A stretch of 64,000 nt of DNA from contig CAWFJJ010000008.1 in assembly GCA_963816185.1 (NCBI GenBank), positions 32,001 through 96,000 of the forward strand. Reading direction: 5' to 3'. Below, piece after piece: positions 9,594 through 21,300 of the stretch. The notes under the pieces are model-generated. The model made no database searches, was not told the DNA's origin, and saw nothing but the letters and a program-made list of their open reading frames with translations. How positions within the stretch are numbered: position 1 is the first letter of the stretch; each line of letters starts with the position of its first letter. This stretch comes from Thermoanaerobaculia bacterium. GTDB taxonomy: Bacteria; Acidobacteriota; Thermoanaerobaculia; UBA5066. Position numbers and translations under genes: made by a program.

Positions 9594-10460
9594 CTATTTG
9601 GAAAACTCGCCGCCCAGAAAAGACACCAGGTGGGCAAAGTCCTTCTCGCCGAGGCCTGCCTTCCGCGCCCTTTCGTACTCGCTTCGCGCGGCGTCCACGA
9701 CGGGCGCGCCGGCCGGTCCTCCGCCGGCCTCGACGAGGAGGCGCAGGTCCTTCTCCATGAGAGCGAGCTGGAAAGCGGCCGGCTCGCCGCCCGCCGCGAG
9801 GAAGTCCGTCTTGGCCTTGAGGTAGGGCGCGACGGAGGGGATCGAGAGGAGCCACGCGCGCGTGCGCTCTCTCGGCAAGCCGAGGGAGCTGGCGAGGGCA
9901 AGCGCCTCGCCGAAGGCCGCGAGGGTGACGCCGTACATCAGGTTGTTCACGAGCTTCATCGCCGAGCCCTGTCCGACGCCGCCGAAGTGGAGAGTCTCGG
10001 TGCTCACGGCGCCGAGGACTTCCTTCGCCTTCGCGAGGACCGCCGCGTCTCCTCCCGCGAGGAGCTTCAGCGTGCCGTCGGTGGCCGGCTTGACGCTGCC
10101 GGCGACGGGCACGTCGCAGAAGTCCGCACCCTTCTCGCGTGTCCGCTCCGCCGCGCGGCGCGACGCTGCGGGCGTCACCGTGGAGAAGTCGAGCCAGATC
10201 TTTCCGGACGAAAGGCCGGCGACGAGGCCGTCCGGCCCGTCCGCCACGGCCTCGAGCGCCGCGGGATCGGAGAGCATCGTGCAGACGATGTCCGCGCCGG
10301 CCGCAGCCTCTCGCGGAGTCGAAGCGATCGCCGCGCCCGCGATCGCGCGGGCGCGCTCGGGATGACGGTTCCAGACGGTGAGAGGAAAGCCCGCGTGGAG
10401 GATCCGGCGGGCCATGGGGGCGCCCATCGCGCCGAGGCCGAGGAAGGCGACGCGTGTCAT
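9594..10460 (-). CDS. NAD(P)-dependent beta-hydroxyacid dehydrogenase (3-hydroxyisobutyrate dehydrogenase/tartronate semialdehyde reductase family)
   Basis: FLGLGAMG, DVPVAGS, MKLVNN and MEKDL. Confidence 0.9.
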   Translation of the reverse strand: MTRVAFLGLGAMGAPMARRILHAGFPLTVWNRHPERARAIAGAAIASTPREAAAGADIVCTMLSDPAALEAVADGPDGLVAGLSSGKIWLDFSTVTPAASRRAAERTREKGADFCDVPVAGSVKPATDGTLKLLAGGDAAVLAKAKEVLGAVSTETLHFGGVGQGSAMKLVNNLMYGVTLAAFGEALALASSLGLPRERTRAWLLSIPSVAPYLKAKTDFLAAGGEPAAFQLALMEKDLRLLVEAGGGPAGAPVVDAARSEYERARKAGLGEKDFAHLVSFLGGEFSK

Positions 10461-10482
10461 GCGCGCATCTTAAGATCGCAGG
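10461..10482. promoter_or_regulatory. Overlapping divergent -10 boxes (palindrome ATCTTAAGAT), probable bidirectional leaderless promoter
   Basis: TAAGAT at 10471-10476 (+) and at 10472-10467 (-), each 6 nt before a start codon. Confidence 0.65.
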
Positions 10483-11876
10483 GTGACGCGGCGCGACCTG
10501 TCTTCCGAGGAAAAGCGCGCTCTCGCGGCGATCGTGGGAGAGGGACACCTCCTCGCCTCCCCGGACGACGTCGCCCCTTACGCCAAGGATTGGACGCGCG
10601 ACCTCGTCGCGGCCCCCGCCGCCGTGGCGCGCCCGCGGACGACGGAAGAAGTCTCGCGTCTCCTCGCGTTCTGCAGCGCGCGCGCGATCCCGGTCACGCC
10701 GCAGGGCGGCCGCACGGGCCTGTCGGGCGGCGCCCTCGCGGTTTTTGGCGGACTCGGTCTCTCCCTCGACCGGATGGCCTCGATTCTCGAGATCGACGCG
10801 GACAACTTCGTCGCCGTCGCCGAAGCGGGCGTCGTGACGCAGACGCTCCAGGAGGCCGTCGAGGAAAAGGGCCTCTACTACCCGCCCGACCCCGCGTCGC
10901 GGGGCTCGTGCACGATCGGAGGCAACGTCGCCGAGAACGCGGGCGGACCGCATGCCGCCAAGTACGGCGTCACGGGACGCTGGGTGCTCGGCCTCGAGGC
11001 GGTCTTCGCGGATGGCTCGGTTGCCGAGACGGGCGGCAAGACGCGCAAAGACGTCGCGGGCTACGACCTGACGGCGCTCCTCGTCGGGAGCGAGGGCACG
11101 CTCGCGGTCGTCACGAAGGCCTGGCTGCGCCTCATCGCGAAACCGGCCGTCTGGGCGACCGTCCTCGCGCCCTTTCCGTCTCTCGAGTCGGCGGCGGCGG
11201 CGGTCTTCGAGATCCACCGGCGCGGCCTCGTCCCGTCCGCCTGCGAAATCGTGGACCGTCCCACGATCGAGGTCGTCTCGAGGAAGAAAGGCGCCGCCGT
11301 GCCGTTTCCGGAGGCCGAGGCGCGCCTCCTCCTCGACTTCGACGGCGCCACGGACGAGGAAGTGGAGCGCGCGGTCACGTCCGCGGGCGAGATTCTCCTC
11401 GAGTGCGGCGCCCTCGACGTCGCGCTCGCGGCCGACGAGCCGCGGCGGCGCGCGCTCTGGGAGGTGCGGCGTGGAAGCGCCGAGGCGATCCACGAGCTGG
11501 GCCTCACGTTCGAGCTCGATCTCGCGGTCCCGCGCTCCGAGCTCGTCCCGCTCGTGAAGGGCGTGAGGCGGCTCGCGGAGGCGGCGCACCTGCGCGCGTT
11601 CGCGTACGGGCATGCCGCAGACGGGAATCTTCACGTGCGTCTTCTCCGGGAAGGGGCGGCCGGGCCGGCGGCATTCGAGTCCGTGGTCTCGGCGATCTAC
11701 GCCGAGGCGGTGCGCCTCGGCGGGACGATCACGGGCGAGCACGGCGTCGGCCTCACCCTGCGCGACCTCCTCCCGATGCGCCGCCCGCCCCCGTTCCTCG
11801 CCGCGATGCGCGCGATCAAGCAGGCCCTCGATCCGAACGGGATCCTGAATCCGGGGAAGGTGATCCCCGCGCCGGG

Positions 11877-11880
<4 letters not shown>
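10483..11880 (+). CDS. FAD-linked oxidase (GlcD/D-2-hydroxyacid dehydrogenase family)
   Basis: PQGGRTGLSGG, PDPAS, IGGNVAENAGG, GSEGTL, GHAADGNLH, GEHGVG and DPNGILNPGK. Confidence 0.92.
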
Positions 11881-13109
<1,229 letters not shown>

Positions 13110-13147
13110 GCACGAGCTCCGGCCGCTGCCTCCGCTACACTCGCGGC

Positions 13148-14614
13148 ATGCCCGTCGCCGATTTCGAGCCCGTGATCGGGCTCGAAGTGCACTGCCAGCT
13201 CAAGACGAAGAGCAAGGCGTTCTGCCCGTGTCCCGTCGTGTTCGGCGCGCCGCCGAATACGGCCGTCTGCCCCGTGTGTCTCGGCTATCCGGGCGTCCTC
13301 CCGACAGTGAATCGCGAGATGGTGACGCTCGCGATGCGCGTCGCGCTCGCGACCGGCTGCACGATCGAGGAGAGGTCGGTCTTCGCGCGGAAGAACTACT
13401 TCTACCCGGACCTCCCGAAGGGCTACCAGATCTCGCAGTACGACAGGCCATTGGCCACGCGGGGCGCGGTCGCTCTCGGTGCCGACGGCTCGCCGAAGAG
13501 CGTGCGGCTCAACCGCGTTCACCTCGAGGAGGACGCCGGCAAGTCGATGCACGACTTCCCGTGGCAGGACGTGCCCACGGGCGTTTCTCTCGTCGACCTG
13601 AACCGCGCCGGCACGCCGCTCATCGAGATCGTGTCCGAGCCGGACCTCTCCTCGGCCGCGGAAGCGTACGAATACCTCGTCCATCTGCGCCGGCTCGTGC
13701 GCTGGGTGGAGGCCTCCGACGGCAACATGGAGGAGGGCTCGCTCCGGTGCGACGCGAACGTCTCCGTGCGGAAGAAGGGCGCCCGGGCGCTCGGGACGAA
13801 GGTGGAGATCAAGAACCTGAACTCCTTCGTGCACGTGAAAAAGGCGATCGAGCACGAGGTCGAGCGGCAGGTCGAGGCTCTCGAGGCCGGGAAGGCCCTC
13901 GTGCAGGAGACGCGTCTCTACGAGCCCGCGACGGGCGCGACGAAGGCGATGCGGAGCAAGGAAGAGTCGATGGACTATCGTTACTTCCCCGACCCCGACC
14001 TCGGCACGCTCGTCGTCGACGAGGCGTGGAAATCGGGCGTCGCCGCGGCGATGCCGGAGCTCCCACGGGCGCGGAGCGCACGCCTTGTGATCGCATACGG
14101 CCTTCCGGCCGTCGACGCGGACCTCGTCTGCCTGTCGCGCCCGCTCGCGGACTTTTACGAGGCCGCCGTCGCGGCCTATCCGAAGAATCCGAAGGGGGTC
14201 GCGAACTGGCTCCTCACCGAGCTTCTCGCGAGGATGTCCGACGCCGACCGGCACGCGGGGCGCATGCCCGTCGCGCCCCGAACGCTTGCGACGCTCGTCC
14301 TTCGCATCGACGACGGGACGATCTCGGGAAAGATCGCGAAGGAGCTGCTGGACGATCTGATCGCGACCGGGCGGCCCGTCGACGATCTCGTGAAGGAGAA
14401 GGGGCTCGTCCAGATCAGCGACGAGGGAGAGATCCGGGAGATCGTCGCGGCGGTCGTCGCCGATCATCCCCAACAGGTCGCGACGTATCGGGGCGGGAAG
14501 ATTGCGTCTTTCGGCTGGTTCGTCGGCCAGGTCATGAGAGCGACCGGCGGCAAGGCGAATCCGGAAGTCGTGAATCGCCTTCTCCGCCAAGCCCTCGATC
14601 CTCCGGTGAAATGA
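13148..14614 (+). CDS. gatB: Asp-tRNA(Asn)/Glu-tRNA(Gln) amidotransferase subunit B
   Basis: VIGLEVHCQL, RKNYFYPDLPKGYQISQ, LEEDAGK, RCDANVS and DYRYFPDPDL. Confidence 0.97.
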   Translation: MPVADFEPVIGLEVHCQLKTKSKAFCPCPVVFGAPPNTAVCPVCLGYPGVLPTVNREMVTLAMRVALATGCTIEERSVFARKNYFYPDLPKGYQISQYDRPLATRGAVALGADGSPKSVRLNRVHLEEDAGKSMHDFPWQDVPTGVSLVDLNRAGTPLIEIVSEPDLSSAAEAYEYLVHLRRLVRWVEASDGNMEEGSLRCDANVSVRKKGARALGTKVEIKNLNSFVHVKKAIEHEVERQVEALEAGKALVQETRLYEPATGATKAMRSKEESMDYRYFPDPDLGTLVVDEAWKSGVAAAMPELPRARSARLVIAYGLPAVDADLVCLSRPLADFYEAAVAAYPKNPKGVANWLLTELLARMSDADRHAGRMPVAPRTLATLVLRIDDGTISGKIAKELLDDLIATGRPVDDLVKEKGLVQISDEGEIREIVAAVVADHPQQVATYRGGKIASFGWFVGQVMRATGGKANPEVVNRLLRQALDPPVK

Positions 14615-14621
14615 TCTCCTC

Positions 14622-15347
14622 GTGATCGAGTTCTACCGCGTCGCCAAGGAATATCAGGGCCGCAGGGTCCTACGCGACGTGACGTTCAAGACGAAGAAGG
14701 GGGAATTCCTTTTCCTGACGGGTCCGTCGGGCTCCGGGAAGACGACGCTCCTCAAGCTCATCTTCCACGCGGAGAAGCCCACGGAGGGCCAGATCATCGT
14801 GAACGGGATGAACGTGAGCGGCATGCCGGCCTCGCGCGTCCCGGCCCTTCGCCGCTCGATGGGGATCGTCTTCCAGGACTACAAGCTCCTGCCGGCGCGG
14901 ACCGTCCTCGACAACGTGACGTACGTGCAGAAGTTCCTCGGCGTGACCGCGGCCGAGCGAAGGCGCCGCGCCTACCAGACGCTGCGCCTCGTGGAGCTCC
15001 ACCATCGGCTCGCCGCGCTCCCCGAAGAGCTCTCCGGCGGCGAGCAGCAGCGTGTCGCCCTGGCGCGAGCGCTCGTGAACGAGCCGGTGCTTCTGGTTGC
15101 GGACGAGCCCACGGGCAACCTCGACCATCGCCTGGCGGCTGAGGTCATGCGACTGCTGCAGGACATCGCCGTGCGCGGGACGACGGTCCTCGTCGCCACA
15201 CACGACCAGGATCTCGTGAGGGCCGCGGGGCGCCGGTGCCTGACGCTCGATCGCGGGCGCGTCGTGGAAGGGCTCGTCGAGGCAGGTCTTCCGCCCCAGG
15301 CCTTGGCGAAGCAGTCGGACCCGGGACGCCGGGAGCCCGCCCCGTGA
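14622..15347 (+). CDS. ftsE: Cell division ATP-binding protein FtsE
   Basis: GPSGSGKT, IVFQDYKLL, LSGGEQQRV and ADEPTGNLD; followed by ftsX. Confidence 0.92.
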   Translation: MIEFYRVAKEYQGRRVLRDVTFKTKKGEFLFLTGPSGSGKTTLLKLIFHAEKPTEGQIIVNGMNVSGMPASRVPALRRSMGIVFQDYKLLPARTVLDNVTYVQKFLGVTAAERRRRAYQTLRLVELHHRLAALPEELSGGEQQRVALARALVNEPVLLVADEPTGNLDHRLAAEVMRLLQDIAVRGTTVLVATHDQDLVRAAGRRCLTLDRGRVVEGLVEAGLPPQALAKQSDPGRREPAP

Positions 15348-16249
15348 ACCGTCCGGCCGCGCTCGCCGCTCTCGTCTCGGAGGCGCTCGAAGGCCTCGGC
15401 CGCGCCCGGCGCATGACGAGCCTGTCCGTGGCGCTCATCGCGATCTCGATCGGCCTCGTCGGGGCTTTCTTCCTCGTGGCGGAGAACCTGAAGAGCGTCG
15501 TCGAGACGGTGCGCGACGAGTCGACCGTGACCGTCTTCCTCAAGTCCACGGCGACGGAGGCGGACTGTGCCGACCTCGAGCGCGTGGCGAAGGAGACTCG
15601 CCTCGTGGCGCGGATGCACCGCGTCTCGCCCGACGAAGCGCGCACGCGCTTCTCGACGTGGTGGAAATCGCTCGCGCCGGCCGCGCGCTCCCTGCCGGGC
15701 AACCCGTTTCCGGCCTCGCTCGAGATGGAGCTCGAGCCGGCAGCCATGATCTCCGACGCGCTCCCCTCTTTTCTCAAGCTCCTCGCGTCTCAACGCGCGA
15801 CCGAGGAGGTCCAGTTCGACGTCGAGTGGATCCGCCGCCTGCGCGGGGCCGTCTCTCTCGCGCGCCTGACGGGCCTCGTCCTCGCGGTTTTCCTGACGCT
15901 CGGGGCGGCGTTCACGATCGCGAACGTCGTGCGGCTCACGATCCTCCTTCATCGCGACGAGATCGAGATCCTGCGCCTCGTGGGCGCGCCGGAGTTCCTG
16001 ATCAGAGGTCCGTACCTGCTCGGAGGCCTCGTGCAGGGCTTTCTCGGCGCGCTCGTCGCGCTCGCGCTTCTGTGGCTCGCCACGCGCGCGGTCCTCGCGT
16101 GGGTCGCCGCGACGAAGAACGCGCTCCTCGGCGTCTTCGCCGTGCGCTTCCTGCCCGCGTCGGCATGTCTCCTTCTCCTGGCGTTCGGCCTCGCGGCCGG
16201 GCTGCTCGGGGGCCTCCTCGCGGTGCGGCGCGGGAACCTCGCGGGATGA
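15344..16249 (+). CDS. ftsX: Cell division permease FtsX
   Basis: GTGA overlap. TM, periplasmic domain (NPFPAS), then RDEIEILRLVGA..IRGP. Confidence 0.9.
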   Translation: MNRPAALAALVSEALEGLGRARRMTSLSVALIAISIGLVGAFFLVAENLKSVVETVRDESTVTVFLKSTATEADCADLERVAKETRLVARMHRVSPDEARTRFSTWWKSLAPAARSLPGNPFPASLEMELEPAAMISDALPSFLKLLASQRATEEVQFDVEWIRRLRGAVSLARLTGLVLAVFLTLGAAFTIANVVRLTILLHRDEIEILRLVGAPEFLIRGPYLLGGLVQGFLGALVALALLWLATRAVLAWVAATKNALLGVFAVRFLPASACLLLLAFGLAAGLLGGLLAVRRGNLAG

Positions 16250-16274
16250 CGAGCCGCATGCTTGAGGGCGGACC

Positions 16275-16785
16275 TTGATCGAGCTCCTGACGGAACGGCT
16301 GCAGCTACGGATCTTCCAGCTCGATGACTTCGAGGCCCACGCCGAGATCTGCGCGGATCCCGAGGTCATGAAGTACATTCGCGCCGGCCCTCTCTCGCGT
16401 CGACTCGTGGTGGCAGATGGCACGATATGTTGGGCACTGGCACCTCCGTGGCTACGGCCTTTGGGCCGTCGTCGAGCGGGCAACCGGCCGCCTCATCGGG
16501 CATCTCGGCTACCTCGACCCCGAGGGCGGCCACGGGTTCGAGATGGGCTGGGCCCTCGCGCGCCACGCCTGGGGCAAGGGGTATGCGCTCGAAGGATGCC
16601 GGGCCGCGGTCGATTACGCGTTCGCGGCGCTCGACCGCGACCGGATCGTGTGCCTCATCCATCCCGACAACGCCCGATCCATTCGGGTCGCGGGGCGTCT
16701 CGGCGCGGTCCGGGAAGGGGAACTCGAGGAATCGGACAAACGCCTTCTCCTTTACGCCCTCACGCGGCCCGCACGACCGGTCTGA
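16275..16785 (+). CDS. GNAT N-acetyltransferase (RimJ/RimL family), one frameshift near 16400
   Basis: TERLQLR..DPEVMKY in one frame continues as GHWHLRGYG..WGKGYA..NARSIRVA in another. Confidence 0.85.
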
Positions 16786-16815
16786 CACATCTTGCAGTCG
16801 GGAAAGGAGCACTTC

Positions 16816-17124
16816 ATGCCGTCCACACCTCCCCGCGTCGAAGAATTTCAAGTCACGGGCTCCCAGCTCGTCTCCTCGGTCAAGGATCTCTTTCACGAGG
16901 GAAACATCCGGCGGATCTCGATTCGCAACGCCGAGGGAGTCACGCTCCTCGAGATCCCTCTCGTCGTCGGCCTCGCCGGCGCCGTCCTCGCTCCGGTCTG
17001 GGCCGCTCTCGGTGCACTCGCCGCTCTCGTGGCCAAGTGCACTCTGGTCGTCGAGAGAATCGGGGACGCGCCGCCGGCAACGTCGAAGCCGGTCAAGACA
17101 GCCAGCCGGAAGAGAACGACCTAG
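16816..17124 (+). CDS. DUF4342-like small protein
   Basis: AAGGAG RBS; VKDLFHEGNIRRISI..LLEIPL..G. Confidence 0.8.
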   Translation: MPSTPPRVEEFQVTGSQLVSSVKDLFHEGNIRRISIRNAEGVTLLEIPLVVGLAGAVLAPVWAALGALAALVAKCTLVVERIGDAPPATSKPVKTASRKRTT

Positions 17125-17180
17125 TCAAATCCCGAATCGGAGTTCGCCGTGGATTTCATCGCCCAATCGGGGAGGTCCCA

Positions 17181-17456
17181 ATGTGTCGGAACATCAAGAC
17201 CCTCTTCAATTTCGAGCCCCCGGCCACCGAGGAGGAGATCCGGGCGTCCTCCTTGCAGTTCGTGAGGAAGCTCAGCGGTTTCACGAAGCCTTCGAAGGCG
17301 AACGAAGCGGCGTTCGAACGCGCGATCGATCAGGTGGCCGAGGCGGCGCGCACGCTCATCTCGTCTCTGATCACGACTGCGGATCCCAGGGACCGTGAGG
17401 TCGAAGCCAGGAGAGCGCGCGCGCGAGCGGCCGCGCGATTCGGTCAGGCGAAGTAG
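17181..17456 (+). CDS. DUF2277-like small protein
   Basis: GGAGG RBS; MCRNIKTLFNFEPPATEEEIRA..LQFVRKLSG. Confidence 0.88.
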   Translation: MCRNIKTLFNFEPPATEEEIRASSLQFVRKLSGFTKPSKANEAAFERAIDQVAEAARTLISSLITTADPRDREVEARRARARAAARFGQAK

Positions 17457-17499
17457 GGCGAGAAGGCGCCGATCCCGTGCAGGAATTGAAAAACGATCC

Positions 17500-18669
17500 C
17501 TAGACCCCCCGGTGGCCGGCGAGGAGCGCCTCGGGCTCTTCGGGCGGCGCGGGATCGGGTGTCCGCTCGCCGAGGAGAGCGGCCCACGGCGCGAAGCGGT
17601 CGAAGCGCTCGGTCACGACCTTGATCATCGCCGTGAGCGGAACCGCGAGGATCGCGCCCGGGACGCCCCACAAAATGCCCCAGAACAGGAACGCGAACAG
17701 GACGGCGAGAGGGTGGAGCCGCACGCGGCTGCCCACGATGAACGGCGTCAGGACGTTGCCCTCGAGGAACTGCACGACCGAATAGAAGACGAGGACCTTC
17801 ACGGGCAGCGCTGCGTCGCTTGAAGCGAGGAGCGCGATGAGAAAGGCAGGCGTCGTCGAAAAGATGACGCCGACGTAGGGGACGAGAACGCAGACACCGG
17901 CGAGCGGGCCGAGCACGTATCCGTATGGGACGCGCAGCACGAGAAGGCCCGCGGTCGTGATGCAGGCTGTGATCAAAACCACGAACAGCTCGCCGAGAAC
18001 GTATCCGGACAGGACGCGTGCGACACCGACGGCGAAGTCCTGTGCGGCCCGGCCTCCCTTGATCCGCAGAATTTTCACGACCGCCCCGCCGTACTTCTCG
18101 CGGTCCTTCAGCATGAAGAACGAAAGCATCGGGACCGCGGCGGTATAGAGGAGAAGAGAGACGATCGTCTTGACCTGAAGCGCGACCTTCGTGAGCGAGT
18201 CGAACGCGTCCGACTCGAGTCGCACGGAGCGCGTGGTCCGATCGCCTTCGGGCAGGAGCGAGCGCGTACGCTCCTCGAGCTGGGCGAAGAGGCCCTGCGC
18301 TTTCGAGGTGAAAGCCCGGATCCGCGTCTCGTAGGCGGGCAGGTCGCGGGTGAAGGCCTCGATCTGCGACATCGCGTTGACGACGAAAAAGACGACGAGC
18401 GCCGAAAGAAGAACGATGACCGTGAGAACGGCCAGTGAGCGCGGGAATCGGACCTTCTCGAGAAGAACGACGAACGGCTGGAGCGCGAAGGAAAGGAAGA
18501 GGGCGAAGAAGAACATGACGAACAGGACCTTTCCCGCCCAGAGCATTCCCACGAGAGCCGCTGTCGCGAGCACGACGAGCGCCCGTGAGCGGAACACGCC
18601 GCCTGCGGCGGGGTTCGTCCCCGTGGAGAATGTTCCGGTCGAGAAGAGTCCGCTCGAGCTCGAATCCAC
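17500..18669 (-). CDS. AI-2E family transporter
   Basis: Hydrophobic pattern; VPYVG, QFLEGNVLTP, LHPL and GAILAVPL. Confidence 0.9.
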   Translation of the reverse strand: MDSSSSGLFSTGTFSTGTNPAAGGVFRSRALVVLATAALVGMLWAGKVLFVMFFFALFLSFALQPFVVLLEKVRFPRSLAVLTVIVLLSALVVFFVVNAMSQIEAFTRDLPAYETRIRAFTSKAQGLFAQLEERTRSLLPEGDRTTRSVRLESDAFDSLTKVALQVKTIVSLLLYTAAVPMLSFFMLKDREKYGGAVVKILRIKGGRAAQDFAVGVARVLSGYVLGELFVVLITACITTAGLLVLRVPYGYVLGPLAGVCVLVPYVGVIFSTTPAFLIALLASSDAALPVKVLVFYSVVQFLEGNVLTPFIVGSRVRLHPLAVLFAFLFWGILWGVPGAILAVPLTAMIKVVTERFDRFAPWAALLGERTPDPAPPEEPEALLAGHRGV

Positions 18670-18710
18670 GGCGGCGTCAGTCTAACGCCGCCGCGGACGA
18701 GACCGCCGGG

Positions 18711-20107
18711 TCAGGGAAACGTGACGGTCACGACGGCGCGCCGGTTGCGCGTCGCGTCGGGCGAATCCCCTTCTCCCTTGACCTCGGTCGTGATGCGCGA
18801 GCCGTCGATGCCGTGACGTTTCATGAGGTAATCGCGTGCCGCTTCGGCGCGGGCCTTTGCGAGCGCGGCATGATCCCCGCCCTTCTCCTTCGGGTCGGTG
18901 GAGGCCGAGATCGTGCACGTCGCGGCGAGGTTGTTCTTCAGGCGAAGGGCGACGCCGTCCAGGATGGCCTTCGCGATGTTCGTCAGGCGGCTCTTGGCGG
19001 CGTCGAAGAGGATCTCATCGGTCGTCGAGGTGGAAGGCCGGGCTACGGGAGGGGTGACGGCCTCGCCCGTCGGCGCCGTGACGGGCTCCGGAGCAGGAGC
19101 GGGAGGAGGCGGCGGCACGGGCTCCGTGGCAGGGGCGGGGGTTCGGCTTCGCGCGGCAGGGCGGCGCGAGGCCTCACCACGACGGGCGGAGCCGGCAGGT
19201 AGGAGAGCTGAACGAGGCCGCCGATGTTCGCGGGGGTGCCCCCGTACTTCGCCCAGCGGTCGATGTTCACGCGCACGGCGCCGGACGCCGTGAAGCCGGA
19301 GTCTCCGAACGCGAATCGCCCTCCGAGAGTCGCCTCGGAGAAGTCGGGGGGCTGCGTGTCGCCGCCGTCGTAGTGGACGCGGTTGATCTCACCGATCGCC
19401 TTGAAGACGTTCGGCACCACGGGCACGGCGACACCGACGGCGTTCGTCCACACGTTCGACAGGTCGTACCCCGTGGGCCCGGCGCCCGGGGTCGGCGTGG
19501 GCGTGCCGAGCTTCCCGTTGAGCTGGTAGGCCGACTGGAACGTCACCCAGCCGAACGTGAACGACATGCCGAGGTCGTAGTCCGCGCGGGTGGTTCCGAT
19601 CGCGTTCACGTCGTTCGAGGACTGGGTCGGGATCGCGATACCGCCGAAGAGGGCGACGAGGACCGGGTCCTTCGAGTTGAGGCGTATTTTCGTTCCGAAG
19701 CGGACTTTGTCCGTCTCGCTGTGCGTGAAGCCGCCGAAACGGTAATGCCCGTTCACGAGCCCCTGCCAGTCGAAGTTGGAGGCGTTGTAGCGGTTAAAGC
19801 CCGTGCTCATCGTCGCTTCCCAGCTCGGCATCAGGCCGTACGCGACGGAAAGCCCGAAGCGCTGCAGGTTGTACCGGAGGGGATCGTCCCGGAGCGGGAC
19901 CGTGTTCGGAACGGACGCCGCAGTCCGGTTCCACAGGTTCCAGGACAACCCGAGAGAGAAGCGTCCCTGAGGAAGCATGTCGGCGTTCGTGACCTGGAAG
20001 AGTCCCGTCTCGCCCGTGACCGTGGGAGCTACCTGTGCCGCGAGAGGAGCCGCGAGGACCAGGCACGCGATCGCGCCGAGGAGGAGTCGGGTCCGCATCC
20101 GTCGCAT
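18711..20107 (-). CDS. Outer-membrane beta-barrel protein with Pro-rich linker and C-terminal OmpA-like domain, frameshift near 19130
   Basis: Signal peptide and GETGLF start, amphipathic strands. ORF 18711..19118 has ILFD..ILD.VA..TD..LAKARAEA..NRR. Confidence 0.85.
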
Positions 20108-20208
20108 CGAATCTCCTTTGGTCCGCTCTTGGCCGCAGGGCTCGTTCCTGGCCAGGGCGGGAAAAGTGCCTCGAGTCGTTGTCCAAAAAAGACAGGAATC
20201 GCTGAGAG

Positions 20209-20237
20209 ATTCTAGCGCGTCCTCCGGCGGGAGGCAA
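20209..20237 (-). promoter_or_regulatory. Sigma70-type promoter upstream of the OmpA-like gene
   Basis: On the minus strand TTGCCT-N17-TAGAAT. Confidence 0.6.
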
Positions 20238-20257
20238 ACGAAGTCAAGGAGTTACGC

Positions 20258-21175
20258 TCAAAGGAGAGGGTTCATCTTCTCTCGGAACCCTCGCGCCGCA
20301 ACGGGGCCCTTGAGCTTCTCGACCATCTCTTCGAGCGTCCGGATCAGCTCTCGCACGACGTCGAGTCCTCGGCCGCGGTCGAGCTCCAGGAGGGCCGCGC
20401 GATAGGGACGGTCGATCGTCGCATCGCCGGGCGCCACTGCTGCGGCCTCGGCTTCCTGCTTCACTTTCGTGCAGAGGATCTGGAGGCTGCGCTTCTCGTC
20501 GCCCTTCGAGAGCGCCTGGAAGGCTCCGCTGCGGCTCGAGACATTCTGGATCGACTGGCCGATGGGCTGGGGCATCGCGGGAACGGGTGCGGGCGCCGGG
20601 ACTTGGGGAGCGGCCCGACTTGCGGCGCGCGCTTTGCTGATCTCGACGAGCTCGGCCGTGACGAGGCCGTAAAGGGTCTTCGCGACGTCGAACGCCGAGG
20701 ACCGGAGGGCCCGGGCGATCTCCTCGATCGAGCGGCTCCCGTCCGCCTTGGTCACGACCTTCCATTCGAGCGGCGTCAGCGTCACGGGTCCGTTCGCGCC
20801 TTCGCGAGCCACGAGGACGGGAACCGAGTCGGTCCCGGGGATCTTCTTCGAGAGGATCTTCCACTCGTCGCTTCGGCGCGCCGCCTCGAGCAGGAGATTC
20901 GTGTTCGAGCGGCTGATCGTCCGGGATTCGCTCTCGACGCCCGGCGAGAACTGAAACGAGCCCTGGCTCCAGAGCGCGAGCGCGTAAACCGCGTCCTCGC
21001 CCTCGACTTCGCCGAGCTTGGCGTGCGTGATCTGCCCGTTCTGGAGATAGACGTAGCCCTTCTCCGAGGCGCGCGTCATCGAGAACATGCCCGTCTTTCC
21101 AGAGACGGCCACGAGCTGGACGATATCGGAGAGCGGGAGCTCATTGAGGGAGCCTTGAAACGACATCGGGCTCAT
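20258..21175 (-). CDS. DUF4388 (PatA_N) domain protein
   Basis: FQGSLNELPLSDIVQL..KTG..G.VYLQNG.I.HA..W..G.F.F; followed by a wHTH-like segment. Confidence 0.88.
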   Translation of the reverse strand: MSPMSFQGSLNELPLSDIVQLVAVSGKTGMFSMTRASEKGYVYLQNGQITHAKLGEVEGEDAVYALALWSQGSFQFSPGVESESRTISRSNTNLLLEAARRSDEWKILSKKIPGTDSVPVLVAREGANGPVTLTPLEWKVVTKADGSRSIEEIARALRSSAFDVAKTLYGLVTAELVEISKARAASRAAPQVPAPAPVPAMPQPIGQSIQNVSSRSGAFQALSKGDEKRSLQILCTKVKQEAEAAAVAPGDATIDRPYRAALLELDRGRGLDVVRELIRTLEEMVEKLKGPVAARGFREKMNPLL

Positions 21176-21216
21176 TCACGATAGCACTGGCGTTTCTCGA
21201 TCGGTGAAGGGGGTCG

Positions 21217-21300
21217 GGGGGAAACACGACCGTGTTTCCCCCATCGCCTACAGATGCTAGCGCGCCCTCCCGGCGCGTGCGAAGCACGCGGCGCGCTAGC
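21217..21300. repeat. Intergenic palindromic (REP-like) hairpin pair
   Basis: GGGGGAAACACG/CGTGTTTCCCCC (21217-21242). GCTAGCGCGCC/GGCGCGCTAGC (21256-21300) encloses GCGTGC-GAA-GCACGC. Confidence 0.6.

Noticed and set aside
16275-17456. Apparent 393-aa GNAT-DUF2277 fusion
   Set aside because: Artefact of the frameshift near 16400; three separate genes explain the region.
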